From the IMG/VR virus record IMGVR_UViG_3300050821_007029: a stretch of DNA of 64,000 nucleotides, one strand, 5' to 3'. Source of the stretch: an uncultured virus (IMG/VR IMGVR_UViG_3300050821_007029) (lineage: Duplodnaviria > Heunggongvirae > Uroviricota > Caudoviricetes). The stretch's first letter is position 1. Each line of letters starts with the position of its first letter. The position numbers and the translations under genes are program-made. Of the stretch, positions 29,477-39,182 are shown piece after piece. The notes under the pieces are model-generated. The model searched no databases, was not told the origin of the DNA, and saw only the letters and a program-made list of their open reading frames with translations.

Positions 29477-30220
29477 TCAGTTGGGGATCGTCACCATCAC
29501 GGTGCTGATCATCGTGCCGGATTCCTTGAACGCCGCGTCCGGCAGCCGCTCAAACTCACCGCCGCGCCCTGCGACCAGGTCGCGGAAACCGGTGGTGAGT
29601 TTGTCCTGCCGGAACTCCACGCCGAGGGCCATGACGGACACCAGCCGGCCGCCGGGGGCGAGGAACTCCAGCGCGTGGCTGACATGCCTCACGTCAGCCC
29701 TGGCGGCGAACGGCGGGTTCATCACGACCCGCGCGTAAAACGGCGTCGGGGTGATGTCGAGGAAGTCCCCGGCGCCGACGAACCGGTACCGGCCGCACTC
29801 GGCGAGGGCCCGGGCGCGTTTCCCGTCGAGCTCGACACAATCCACCGCGGCGCCCAGGTCCGCCATCCGCGACGCGATCGCGCCCGTCCCGGCGGAAGGC
29901 TCGAGGACGTTCATCCGCGGGAAGATGCCATCAGCGGCCGCGATGAGTTTCGCGACGACGGGCTCCGGTGTGGGGAACCACCCCACCTCCTGCGGAGTGG
30001 TGATCTCACCGGTGAGCATCAGCGACTCGATCGCGTCAGCGGCGTCCACACCGTCGAACAGGTGCGCTCCCGCGCCGCGGTTCCACTTGCCGCCGGCGGC
30101 GGTGATGGCCTGGTTCACCCGCCTGTACACGTCACGTTCCAGTTGCTCCGGCAGGTGCAGGCGTGGGCCGTCGGTGGTGGAGCGGCCCAAGATCCCCAGC
30201 ACCTCATCGGTGACCTTCAC
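29477..30220 (-). CDS. DNA adenine methyltransferase-like protein
   Basis: FPTP, LEPSAGTG, MNPPF motifs. Confidence 0.88.
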   Translation of the reverse strand: MKVTDEVLGILGRSTTDGPRLHLPEQLERDVYRRVNQAITAAGGKWNRGAGAHLFDGVDAADAIESLMLTGEITTPQEVGWFPTPEPVVAKLIAAADGIFPRMNVLEPSAGTGAIASRMADLGAAVDCVELDGKRARALAECGRYRFVGAGDFLDITPTPFYARVVMNPPFAARADVRHVSHALEFLAPGGRLVSVMALGVEFRQDKLTTGFRDLVAGRGGEFERLPDAAFKESGTMISTVMVTIPN

Positions 30221-30879
30221 GCGGCACCACGCAGCCCAGCCAGGACCGCCGCCGCATATCTGAGCGGGTCACGACCGTTCACCGGGTCATCCGTCTTGGC
30301 TTGTGCCTCAGCGAGGACCGCCATCAGACCCTCCACCGACGGCACCACCATCGTGGGTTTCCGCGCCGGCACGGGCTGGTTCCCGGCGCGCAACCCGTCG
30401 AGCATCGCCGCGGCGAACTCATACAAGTCCAGTTCCGGCACCATCCCGCAGTCAGTCAAAGCGGACAGGACCGACGCCAGATCATCCACCGACGGCAACG
30501 ACACCGCCGCCTCGCCGCGACCAGTGACAGTGAGCCGTTCAGCGAGACGTTCCAGAATCCCCTCAGCCAGTTCGCTGAGCGGCCCAGACAGCGCCTCCGG
30601 CTTATTGTTGAGCTCGCTCAGGACCGCAGTCAGTTCATCCCTGGGCGGCAGCATCGTCGAGACACGATCCCAGTCCGCGGGAAGATACCCACCCGCCGAC
30701 ACATGCGCGTCCAGCTCGTTGAAGTTCGACGCGAGGACCGCCCCCACCTCAGCGAGAGCCGTCGCCACGGCCGTCATCCTCTCCATGGTGGGTGGCTCCG
30801 ACGGCGCCCCCTTGATCACCTGAAACAGGGTGCGGGACGCCGCGCGTGCGTCGATCAGGTGCTCGTTCGGGTTGCCCAT
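30217..30879 (-). CDS. hypothetical helical protein
   Basis: coupled ORF; internal PSV-D/E repeat. Confidence 0.65.
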   Translation of the reverse strand: MGNPNEHLIDARAASRTLFQVIKGAPSEPPTMERMTAVATALAEVGAVLASNFNELDAHVSAGGYLPADWDRVSTMLPPRDELTAVLSELNNKPEALSGPLSELAEGILERLAERLTVTGRGEAAVSLPSVDDLASVLSALTDCGMVPELDLYEFAAAMLDGLRAGNQPVPARKPTMVVPSVEGLMAVLAEAQAKTDDPVNGRDPLRYAAAVLAGLRGAA

Positions 30880-31328
30880 CAGACCTTCACCTCCGCCACC
30901 GGCGCCCCGTACACCGACGCACGCGTCTCCGCGCTCACCGACGCCGCCGTCCGGCAGTCAGCGAACGCCTCCGCCGCCCGGCCCACGTCCGTGATAGTGA
31001 ACCGGTGACCGTGGGTCTCACCCCGCGCGGCGTGCAAACCACACCCAGCGATCAGCACCGGCGTCCCCGACGCGTCAACCACGAGCATCAGCCTCGGAGA
31101 CAGCACGGCGATCACCGTGTCACCCACTTGAGGCGTTGACTGGTTCATGAACTCATCATCCCTTCCCTGCGAAAGTTGTTTCTGGGACGGGCCCGAGATA
31201 CGGGCTGACCGCGAGACGGGCACCCAGCTGCCCCACCCGCGCCGCGGTGAGCGGTTCCCCGGCGTGGGCGAGGACAGCGGCCGTGATCTGATCGGCCAGT
31301 TCGTCGAGGTCCACTGTCGCGGCGTTCA

Positions 31329-31619
31329 TCACGCCAGCCTGGCGAGCACGTCACGGACGACCGTGACAGCCCACTCCTCACGCTGGCCGCCCGCGGACTC
31401 GCGTGTGGCGCCAGGTGAGATGTCCAGCGGCGTGTCGCCGAGGGCGGCGATGATCGCGGCGCGGAACCCTTCGGGCGCGAGGCACAGGCCGAGGATGTCC
31501 GCGGCGACTTCGGAGTACGCGATGAGCTGAACCGACCGTGTGGAGATGGGGACGGCGGAGTTGGAGTAGCGGAGCGCGGCCTTGACGATGAGCCGGTGAG
31601 CGGGGTTGTTTCCGTCCAT
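31329..31619 (-). CDS. hypothetical protein
   Basis: first gene after promoter; GGGAGG RBS. Confidence 0.7.
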   Translation of the reverse strand: MDGNNPAHRLIVKAALRYSNSAVPISTRSVQLIAYSEVAADILGLCLAPEGFRAAIIAALGDTPLDISPGATRESAGGQREEWAVTVVRDVLARLA

Positions 31620-31641
31620 CTGGAATGGACCTCCCGGGAAT

Positions 31642-31690
31642 GTGTGGTGGTTGATACCCCAATCTTATGTAGAAAAGGTTGGTGTGTCAA
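31642..31690 (-). promoter_or_regulatory. box-containing promoter TTGACA-17-TAAGAT
   Basis: TTTTCTACA abuts -10; CAACCACCAC leader. Confidence 0.9.
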
Positions 31691-32077
31691 TCAGGGAACA
31701 GCGACGGCGGGGGCGGTCACGGGCCATGCGCTGATGAACACCTCACCACCGTCGACCCGCGTGAAATGCGGTGTCACCAGGCACCCCTCCCGGTCCGGGG
31801 GCGCCAGGGCGTCCTCGACCAGGGCCACGTGGGTGAGCGTGCCAGGGATGAGCGGGGACACGTTCAGGAGCCGGAACCCCACCGGGAGCCTGTCAGAGTC
31901 CCAGGCCTCAAGCAGCGGCGCCGCGATGAGTGTCCAGTACCGTGTGCCCTGAACCGGCCGGTCAGCGTCGCCCGTCGCGGCCAGGGCTTCCGTGAGGTCG
32001 TGTTCCAGGTCTTCGCTGGGCTTGTTGTCGTGGATGTACCGCAGGGCCCGTTCAGCGGCCCACCGGAGATCCGTCAC
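31691..32077 (-). CDS. hypothetical protein
   Basis: ORF in chain. Confidence 0.6.
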   Translation of the reverse strand: MTDLRWAAERALRYIHDNKPSEDLEHDLTEALAATGDADRPVQGTRYWTLIAAPLLEAWDSDRLPVGFRLLNVSPLIPGTLTHVALVEDALAPPDREGCLVTPHFTRVDGGEVFISAWPVTAPAVAVP

Positions 32078-32080
32078 CTG

Positions 32081-32482
32081 TCATCGCTCCGTTCCGTGGG
32101 CGCGCGCCCATTCCCACACCGCCACCGCTTCCTGCCGCGCGGTCATCGCGGGGTCGTCGTGGTCGTGGCCCCCAGCGCAGGAACAGCGCCCCTCCAGATG
32201 CGCGAGGCAGCCGACCACCCGACGCAGCACGCATTCCTTGTGGACGTACTCCATCGGCTGCCGGGCGGGCAGCAGGCACGGCATGATTTCGCCGCTGTCG
32301 TCCGGCTTGAATCCCTCCCCGCAGAACAGGCACGTTCGGTCCGGTGTGGGGAACGCGGCGTGGGCTTCCTCGCGGAGGCGCCCGTCTTCGCCGTAGCAGA
32401 TGTAGGAGGGCCAGGGCTCACCCCACCAGTACGGCGGCTCCGGCGCGGGCACCGTCCACGACTCTTGTGTGGTGCCTGGCAT
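32081..32482 (-). CDS. Zn-binding hypothetical protein
   Basis: CLFC...HKEC. Confidence 0.65.
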   Translation of the reverse strand: MPGTTQESWTVPAPEPPYWWGEPWPSYICYGEDGRLREEAHAAFPTPDRTCLFCGEGFKPDDSGEIMPCLLPARQPMEYVHKECVLRRVVGCLAHLEGRCSCAGGHDHDDPAMTARQEAVAVWEWARAHGTER

Positions 32483-32485
32483 CGC

Positions 32486-32731
32486 TCAGCGTCCCTTCCG
32501 GTGCGAGTCGGCATGCTCACAGGTGGCCCAGTGCGCCATGCCCCGGTGCTCATCCGGGTCCGGCGACTCGCCAGCCTTGAGGACCCGGCACCGCAGCCGC
32601 CCGCCCACGCATTTCACCGCGAGGTTCCCGCTGGGCTGGTCCATTGAGTCCGCGTCGACTGGCATGGGTTTGCCCGCCGGGGTGACCGCCCAGTCCACCA
32701 GTTTCCGGCACGACGAACACGGCTTAGCCAT
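32486..32731 (-). CDS. small Zn-finger phage protein
   Basis: CSSC...GKPMPVD...HWATC. Confidence 0.7.
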   Translation of the reverse strand: MAKPCSSCRKLVDWAVTPAGKPMPVDADSMDQPSGNLAVKCVGGRLRCRVLKAGESPDPDEHRGMAHWATCEHADSHRKGR

Positions 32732-32797
32732 CCTCACGCTCCTCTCCTGCAGCGGCGGCGGCCCGCGCGACGTCGGGCCCCGGATGCGGCATCAGGT

Positions 32798-33367
32798 TCA
32801 CCCCATGACCTTCTCCCAGACGCGCCGGGCCCACCTTGCGTCACCCAGCGCCGTATGCCGCTCATCATCACCCGGCGGCTCGACACCGATCAGCCGCGAC
32901 AGGTCATCCGACTTCCACGGCAACTCCGGAACCGGCTCACCGCGGCCCCGCACGTAGCCGACGATGAGAGTTTCGAAGTCGATCAGGTGGTAATGCCACG
33001 ACGGACAGATACCCCGGGCCCGCATCCGGGCACCGAGGACGTCGGCGTCGAATCCGGGGACACCGCCGATGATGTGGGCGCCGCGGGTCATCGCCTCAAC
33101 CTCGGCCAGGACGTGTTTCTCCCCGCCCACCCGGACGCCGTGGGGATAGCGGTTGCTGTGCTCCGGGTGGCGTTCGAAGAACCGGCCGATCTTCAGCGAC
33201 ATCAGGTCGGCGTTGCCGAGGTCGAGGTCTTCGAGGAGAACGAACCAGGACTTCTCCACCACCCCATGCACTGCGGGGTCGTCGAGGACGACCGCGATCT
33301 CCCACGCCCGCCGGTCGGCTCTGAGAGACGTTGTCTCCGTGTCCACATAAGCCCGGGCTGTCGTCAT
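32798..33367 (-). CDS. DnaQ-like (DEDDh) 3'-5' exonuclease
   Basis: DTETTS, FD, HTALGDA. Confidence 0.85.
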   Translation of the reverse strand: MTTARAYVDTETTSLRADRRAWEIAVVLDDPAVHGVVEKSWFVLLEDLDLGNADLMSLKIGRFFERHPEHSNRYPHGVRVGGEKHVLAEVEAMTRGAHIIGGVPGFDADVLGARMRARGICPSWHYHLIDFETLIVGYVRGRGEPVPELPWKSDDLSRLIGVEPPGDDERHTALGDARWARRVWEKVMG

Positions 33368-33695
33368 GCGGTTGGTCCTTTCCACGCGGCGGGTGGGATG
33401 TCAGCGAACGTCGCCGCCAGGCCCCGCAGCTGGTCGGCGCAGGCGAGCATCACCGACGCCTCCGCGCCCAGGATCATCTGCTTCGGGCCCAACGGAGCCG
33501 CCGTGGACGCGGCCTGCTGCCGGTGAGCTGACTCGGTGGTCCACTCGTCGTAGAGGACAGCGAGGGCGCCAAGGATGATCCGCGCCGACAGTGGCAGCTC
33601 ATCCACGACAGCGGCCGGACCACCGGTGGGGACGACAGCGCCGGTGATGACATCAGCGCCAGCCAGCGCCGGTGGGCTCGCTGGTTCCACCGATG

Positions 33696-33869
33696 TCACT
33701 TCGAAGGCTTCCGCTTCGGCTTGGTGCCGTCGAGTTGCTTGGGTACGGCGTAGCCGCCGGCGCTGTCCACGCTCAGCGACAGCGCCCGGTCAGCGTCGGG
33801 GTCGTCGGTGTCGAGACGCTGCGCCTTCACCTCGGTCAGGCCGTCGCTGTCGGGTTCGGTAGCTGCCAT
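33696..33869 (-). CDS. small acidic protein
   Basis: GAGGGAGG RBS. Confidence 0.6.
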   Translation of the reverse strand: MAATEPDSDGLTEVKAQRLDTDDPDADRALSLSVDSAGGYAVPKQLDGTKPKRKPSK

Positions 33870-33927
33870 CGTTCCTCCCTCAATCGGGCTGTTCACACAG
33901 GTACGCGTTGACCGCCGGTCCGCATGA

Positions 33928-34785
33928 TCACGGCACCGGCGGCGGGGTGGGCACGATGATCCGGGGTTCCCCGTCGTCGGTCAGGTCAGTGTCAGTGACC
34001 TGAACGGGCAGCCCCATGAGCAGGTCGCCCTCATGGGGCTGCCCGGCGGTGTAGCCGCTCCACGCGGCGACCCGCTCATACCAGGCGCGGCTCATCACCC
34101 ACCAAGACGACGCCGCGGTGATAGGGCTGGCCGCTCTGTACGCGGCGCGGAGAACCTTTCCCACTTCCGGATCATGCGCGGGCATCCCCACTGGGATGGG
34201 CTCCGCCAGTTCCACCGGCGCCCGGCGCGTGGCCACGGGCTCGCCGGGAAACTCCCAGGCGGGCTGGGCGACGGCGAGCTCGTCGGCGAGGATCACCATG
34301 GCCCGCACACCCGTATCCATGCAAGCCGACGACAGCCGCTCCACGTAGTGGGCGTGAGCGTCGGGTGTGGTGTCCCAGGGGAGGCGGACGACGAGGACCT
34401 GGCCCGGGCGGACCACCGCGACACACTCACGGATCGCCGCCACGACCACCTCCGGCGACGGCGGGCCGCCAGGGACCGGCTGCGCTCGGGCGTCACGCTG
34501 GGCCGCGACGAGAGCCTCCACCAGCCACACCGGGGTGTCACCGTCGTCAGCTACCCGGACCATCCGCTCATCGGAGCCGGTGACCCGCGCGCCCCGTTCC
34601 CACACCAGCCGGCCACCGTCAGCGGGATAGCGCACGAGGGCGAACTCCGCCGCCACCGGGTCCAGGCCAGCGCCGTCCGGGTCGATCAGCGGCCAGTTGT
34701 CACCTGGTTCCCTGGCCGCCGAATACTCGAAGCGGTCATAGCCGGCGGTGGGCACGTGGTGGTACGTCACCAGCGTCAGCTTCAC
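33928..34785 (-). CDS. hypothetical multi-domain protein
   Basis: 285-aa coupled ORF. Confidence 0.65.
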   Translation of the reverse strand: MKLTLVTYHHVPTAGYDRFEYSAAREPGDNWPLIDPDGAGLDPVAAEFALVRYPADGGRLVWERGARVTGSDERMVRVADDGDTPVWLVEALVAAQRDARAQPVPGGPPSPEVVVAAIRECVAVVRPGQVLVVRLPWDTTPDAHAHYVERLSSACMDTGVRAMVILADELAVAQPAWEFPGEPVATRRAPVELAEPIPVGMPAHDPEVGKVLRAAYRAASPITAASSWWVMSRAWYERVAAWSGYTAGQPHEGDLLMGLPVQVTDTDLTDDGEPRIIVPTPPPVP

Positions 34786-35287
34786 AGCAGCCCGCCTTTC
34801 ACCGTCACGTCCTGGGTGCGGCGACCATCAGCCCACACCACCGGCCGCCACAAAACCATGTCAGCCATTTCCGACAAACGCGCCTTGCACGCCGCCTCAT
34901 CAGCGCACTCCCACTCGCCGTCCGCGGCTTCCAGGTCGTCATCGTCGACCGGCTGGGCGGCGCCCTCAGCGGTGATGTCAGCACCGCACCACGCGCACGC
35001 CCGCTGCCGGGAATGGAGGTAGTACAGCAGGTCGGTGTACTCGCGGCAGTCATCGGTGGGGCCGAACAGATGCGGGGGCTTCGGCGCGTCCATGTAGCCG
35101 GCACAGTCCTGGTCGCAGTTGGACTGGCCGTAGAGGCCCTCATCGCGGCCGAGGCGGTTTTTCTTCCGCCCGCAGGTGGCGCAGAACACCGTCGTCCAGC
35201 ACGACGGCTGGCACTCCATCAGCACGCCTAACGTGTACCCATCCAGACCGGTCCGGGCCATGTGCTCGCGGGCGAGGTCCAGGGCCG

Positions 35288-35551
35288 TCATTGGGCACCG
35301 CCCGCGTAGCAGAACTCGCGGAGGCCGTCGTCGCCGATACGGCCGTTCCACCGGTACAGGAACGTCCGGAGTTCCGGGGCGAGATGAGCCGACGTCATAG
35401 CCAGCGCGGCGGAAGCCAGGGTCACCACCCGCTCGTCAGGGACCATGATGTCCCGGCGGTCCTCACGGACCCGGATCACACGGCCAGCCTGCGGCCCGTC
35501 GACGAGGAACACCTCAATGTCGGCGGCGTCATACAGGTCAGTGAGATTCAC
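35288..35551 (-). CDS. hypothetical protein
   Basis: FLVDGPQAG motif; GTGA overlap at 35548-35551. Confidence 0.65.
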   Translation of the reverse strand: MNLTDLYDAADIEVFLVDGPQAGRVIRVREDRRDIMVPDERVVTLASAALAMTSAHLAPELRTFLYRWNGRIGDDGLREFCYAGGAQ

Positions 35552-36065
35552 AGCGGCCACTCCGGCTTCCAGTCCGGGCGGTACTCGGGATGATCACTCC
35601 AGGCGGTGGCGAGGGTCCTGAGCACCTGCTGCCGGTACCAGCCGAGGAAGCCAAGTTCCTGTTCGGTGAGCTCTCGGCCAGGCGCGTAACGGCGGCGTGC
35701 TCGTTAATGATCTTCCGCTTCGCCGCGACCTCACGCAGCACGCGGGCTGGGTCATGGCGCGCTACATGCCTGGCTACCAGCGGAGAGATTTCTTCGGCGT
35801 TGATCACGAAATGTGGCAGTGGGCCCACGAAGGCAGTCGGATAGGTTTCAGCGCTTCGCAGCGCCACGGGTGCCGCGCTATCTAGCATTTCCTCATTCGC
35901 CGCGATGGCCTGCCCCACGTCCACGGGCTTCCCACTGGCCGAGTCCACCCATCGCCAATGCTCAGCGACCTGAGCCTCTCTGCCCCACTCACCGGAGGCG
36001 GCCAATGCGATCCGCTCGTCCTCATTGAGCCGGGCGTTCAGGAAGACCAGCAGCGGATCGGTCAC
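35548..36065 (-). pseudogene. DUF6221 family gene with 2-bp frameshift near 35671-35675
   Basis: N-part FLNARLNEDE...HDPARVLREVAAKR; C-terminal VLRTLATAWSDHPEYRPDWKP lies in another frame. Confidence 0.75.
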
Positions 36066-36694
36066 GGCTTCCACTCCGCGCGGTAATCAGGATGATCGGC
36101 GTAAACAGCCGCGAGATGGAGCAGCGGGCAGACCGTGTCGCCCTCGCAGACCTGGCAGCCGTACTCGTCTGGCGTGTGCTGCGCCAGGATCACCCGCTTC
36201 GCCGCCACCTCACGGCGGACCCGCGTCTCCCACACCGTGGTCTGAGCGTCCAGGCCATCCTCGATCCGGCTCGACAGATGCTCCTCGTACCGGTCGTAGC
36301 CCCTGAGCCCGAACCGGAGGTCATCCAAGGCACGCCGCCCCGGCGTCGGCGATACCCAATCCTCGTCCAAACGGGCCGACAGGAACTCCGCCAGGCCGGG
36401 GCCGGGAAGCCGTGTGATGCTGGCCTCGCGGACCGCCAGCATCCCCGGCAGGACATGAACCAGCGCGACCGGGCGCAAACCCACCGGATCCGCGGGCCTC
36501 AACGGCGGCCGCCCAGGCGTGCCGGGGATCACGGTCACCCCGGTGGGTGATACGCACACCAGGTCGATACGTGGCCAGAAGGCGTCCGGAGGCGCGAGTT
36601 CCATCTTGGTGTCGCCATCCACGCCGCCGACCCTGATGGTGAGATGTCCCGCTGGCGCGACCTCGTCCGGTGCCAGCCGGCGATCCTGGCTCAC
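36062..36694 (-). CDS. DUF6221 family protein
   Basis: EFLSARLDED...REVAAKR...VYADHPDYRAEWKP. Confidence 0.8.
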   Translation of the reverse strand: MSQDRRLAPDEVAPAGHLTIRVGGVDGDTKMELAPPDAFWPRIDLVCVSPTGVTVIPGTPGRPPLRPADPVGLRPVALVHVLPGMLAVREASITRLPGPGLAEFLSARLDEDWVSPTPGRRALDDLRFGLRGYDRYEEHLSSRIEDGLDAQTTVWETRVRREVAAKRVILAQHTPDEYGCQVCEGDTVCPLLHLAAVYADHPDYRAEWKP

Positions 36695-37068
36695 GGCCCG
36701 TCACCCACCCGCGGCGGCACGGGAACGAATGGGAACATGCCCAGCGTCTCCCGCGCTGCCTCGACAGCCGCACGCTGACGCGTCTCAGCGTCAGCCGCGC
36801 CACTGATTGTGACCTTGCCGTAGATCACATCCGTGATCAGGGTCGCCGTGACCTCATCAGTGAACTGGTCCACCACGTCGAGGAGCTGGCATGTGTACTC
36901 GATCGCGGCGAGCATCCGGTGGACCGCCGTCATGCCCTTGCACGTCCCGGGACAGCAGGGAACGAGATGGATCCGGCAATGCGTGAACAACGTCTCCCCG
37001 CAGTTCCGGCAGGTGCGGTCACCGATCAGCGGCTCATCCTGGGTGGCCCGTGGCGGGCGCTCACGCAC
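36691..37068 (-). CDS. Cys-rich hypothetical protein (start uncertain)
   Basis: CRNC...CCPGTC; coupled at 3' end. Confidence 0.5.
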   Translation of the reverse strand: MRERPPRATQDEPLIGDRTCRNCGETLFTHCRIHLVPCCPGTCKGMTAVHRMLAAIEYTCQLLDVVDQFTDEVTATLITDVIYGKVTISGAADAETRQRAAVEAARETLGMFPFVPVPPRVGDGP

Positions 37069-37391
37069 CCCGAGTCTGCGTGGCCCCGGTGAGCCTGGGG
37101 ACTGCGTTCCACGCCGATCATTCACCGCTGATCCCCTACTGCGGCCCACCAGGGCCTCGACGTGGGGGCGGATTCGAGTGTCAGACCCGCCACGGGCCTT
37201 TCCGGCAGCGGCGCCCCGAGTCTGGGATGCGGTGCGCGCCTGGCCGCTGCCGGGGACAACCTCGGTGGGCGTGAGACCAACCACCACGAAGGTTGCCCTA
37301 GCGGGAGGCTACGCCATCGACCGCCGGACACACCCACGCCCACCGAGGGCTTTATCATCGCCGGCTCCCACGAGTGCGTCTAACAACGCAC
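37062..37391 (-). ncRNA. candidate structured RNA
   Basis: 14-bp and 11-bp perfect stems plus smaller hairpins; poor coding; downstream of the promoter at 37576-37604. Confidence 0.45.
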
Positions 37392-37551
37392 GTCAGGGGC
37401 CGCGATAGCTTCATTTGCCGTCTCCGAGTTCCGGGGCCGGCTGCCCGGTCCGCCGCTCCCGGCTGATACGCACCGGGGGTGCCCATCTCAGGCTGGTAGC
37501 CGGTGTAGGAGCAGGTGGCCAGTTGCGGATGGTCCACGGGTGGTCCTCCGG

Positions 37552-37604
37552 TGTGGTGGTTGGAGTAGTGATCCCAGTCTATGTAGAAACAGGTTGCTGG
37601 TCAA
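37552..37604 (-). promoter_or_regulatory. box-containing promoter TTGACC-17-TAGACT
   Basis: TTTCTACA abuts -10; CAACCACCAC-GGAGG leader. Confidence 0.85.
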
Positions 37605-37627
37605 TCATCGTCCGGTGGCCCTGAAGG

Positions 37628-37889
37628 TCAGGCACCGTCGCTTCCCTTTGGCCAAAGACTCACGATCACCCAGTCCTCTCCAGCCGACTCGGCCGTGAAG
37701 TGAAGATCACGGACCTCAGCGATCCGCATCACCATCTCCGCGTTCCGCGCGTACACCCAGTTGCCCGTCCACGCGGCCCGCTTGGCTGACGCGCTCCCAC
37801 ACCATGCCGATCTGAACACCCCGTGTGAACTCGGGGTCATCGCTGTCAAACGGCAGCACCAGGCCATACGCGGCGTTCTGGTCGGTCAC
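37628..37889 (-). pseudogene. hypothetical gene with apparent 1-bp frameshift near 37756
   Basis: LVLPFDSDDPEFTRG N-part continues naturally as VYARNAEMVMRIAE in another frame. Confidence 0.5.
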
Positions 37890-37983
37890 CGGCGCCCCCC
37901 GGCTTGGCGGCGGCGTGCGCGCACCCGCAGCCACACGGCCACACCAGCGGCCACCGCGGCAACGCACACCGCCGCGAGGACGA

Positions 37984-38325
37984 TCATTCGGGGTCGCCGA
38001 TGCCGTGGGCCCGCCGGGCCACCTCACCAGCGCCGGAGCCGGGCTGCACCGACCGCAGGTGACGCCTGGAGCGGCGCAGCGCGGCGACGAGGTCCTGCAC
38101 CTGGTGGTTTTCCTGCCCGGCGCGGATCGTCTCCAAGACGATGTCAGCGGCGAGCTCATGCGGGCGGCGATGCTCGAGGAAGCACATGGCTTCGAACGTC
38201 TCGATCTGAGCCTCACCGAGGATCCGCACGGTCGTCTTGGCGTAGGGCACCTCATCCTGGGGGCGGCGGCCCACCTGGCCACGCCGGCGGGGGCCGGGGG
38301 TGCCGCACAGGTAGCGGCGCATCAT
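37984..38325 (-). CDS. hypothetical protein, possible ribbon-helix-helix
   Basis: KTTVRI beta strand followed by two helices. Confidence 0.5.
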   Translation of the reverse strand: MMRRYLCGTPGPRRRGQVGRRPQDEVPYAKTTVRILGEAQIETFEAMCFLEHRRPHELAADIVLETIRAGQENHQVQDLVAALRRSRRHLRSVQPGSGAGEVARRAHGIGDPE

Positions 38326-38754
38326 GGTGTCTCGCCAGGGTTCAATCTGCCCTCCCTGATTATTGGGCGCTCACGGCGGACGCCGCTGCTGGGGTCGTCG
38401 AGGAACGCGTCCACCGCCCGCGCGGTTTCCGGCTGGGCCACGAGCCGGGCACGCGCCTCCGCGTCGGTGAGGCTCGACGGCAAGTGCATGTGGGCGCGCT
38501 GCCGCTCCGCGAGGCCTTCCAGCACATAGGAGATCAGGGCGGCCGCGTAGCGGTCACCGCGGCCCGAGCACGCCTTGTCAAGGACGGCGCCGACCTCGCG
38601 GCACACACCGAGCTGGGCGTCGAACGCCTCGTTCCACGCGAGGTCCTCCTCACCCTCCACCGCGTCAGCGAGACGTTCAGCGGCGGTGCGGAGCACGTCA
38701 GGTGGGGCGTTGAGGACGGCGCGGAGCTCGGCGGCGCGGGCGAGTGGGCTGGTG

Positions 38755-39018
38755 TCATCCATCGGTGTTGTCCTCATCCTCTACCAGGAACCGGACGTCG
38801 AACAACGCCATGTACGCCTGCGTCGACCCCGACGCCTCAGCGGCGAGTGCCGCGGCGCAGCGCGCGTCATAGGTGAGCGCCCCCGCCGTCGGCGGCTGTT
38901 CCAGCGCGGCTAGCAGACGGGTCAGGTGCTGGGACGCGTAGGTGGCGGCACGTTTGGCATTGTCGTGGTGCCGTTTCGCCTCGGACTCATACCCGTGGAC
39001 TCGGATGGGGTCCACCAC
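38755..39018 (-). CDS. hypothetical protein
   Basis: GAGGAG RBS just 3' of the tRNA-like element. Confidence 0.65.
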   Translation of the reverse strand: MVDPIRVHGYESEAKRHHDNAKRAATYASQHLTRLLAALEQPPTAGALTYDARCAAALAAEASGSTQAYMALFDVRFLVEDEDNTDG

Positions 39019-39038
39019 GGGTGTCTCCTCTCGCGCTG

Positions 39039-39169
39039 TGGGGTGGGGCCCGGCGGGCCGGAATTGAACCGGCGGCCTCCGGTCGCACCCTCCCCCGCGT
39101 CCCTTGACGGGCTGGGGGTGGGCGGGCCCTGCCGGCGCTCTGCCCAACTGAGCTGCCGCCGGGCCCCAC
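39039..39169 (-). ncRNA. tRNA-like RNA with extended acceptor stem and hairpin-expanded anticodon arm
   Basis: D arm GCTC-AGTTGGGCA-GAGC, variable AGGCC, T arm GCCGG-TTCAATT-CCGGC, 14-bp closing stem, 3' CCCA. Confidence 0.8.
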
Positions 39170-39182
39170 GACTAGGGGGTGA

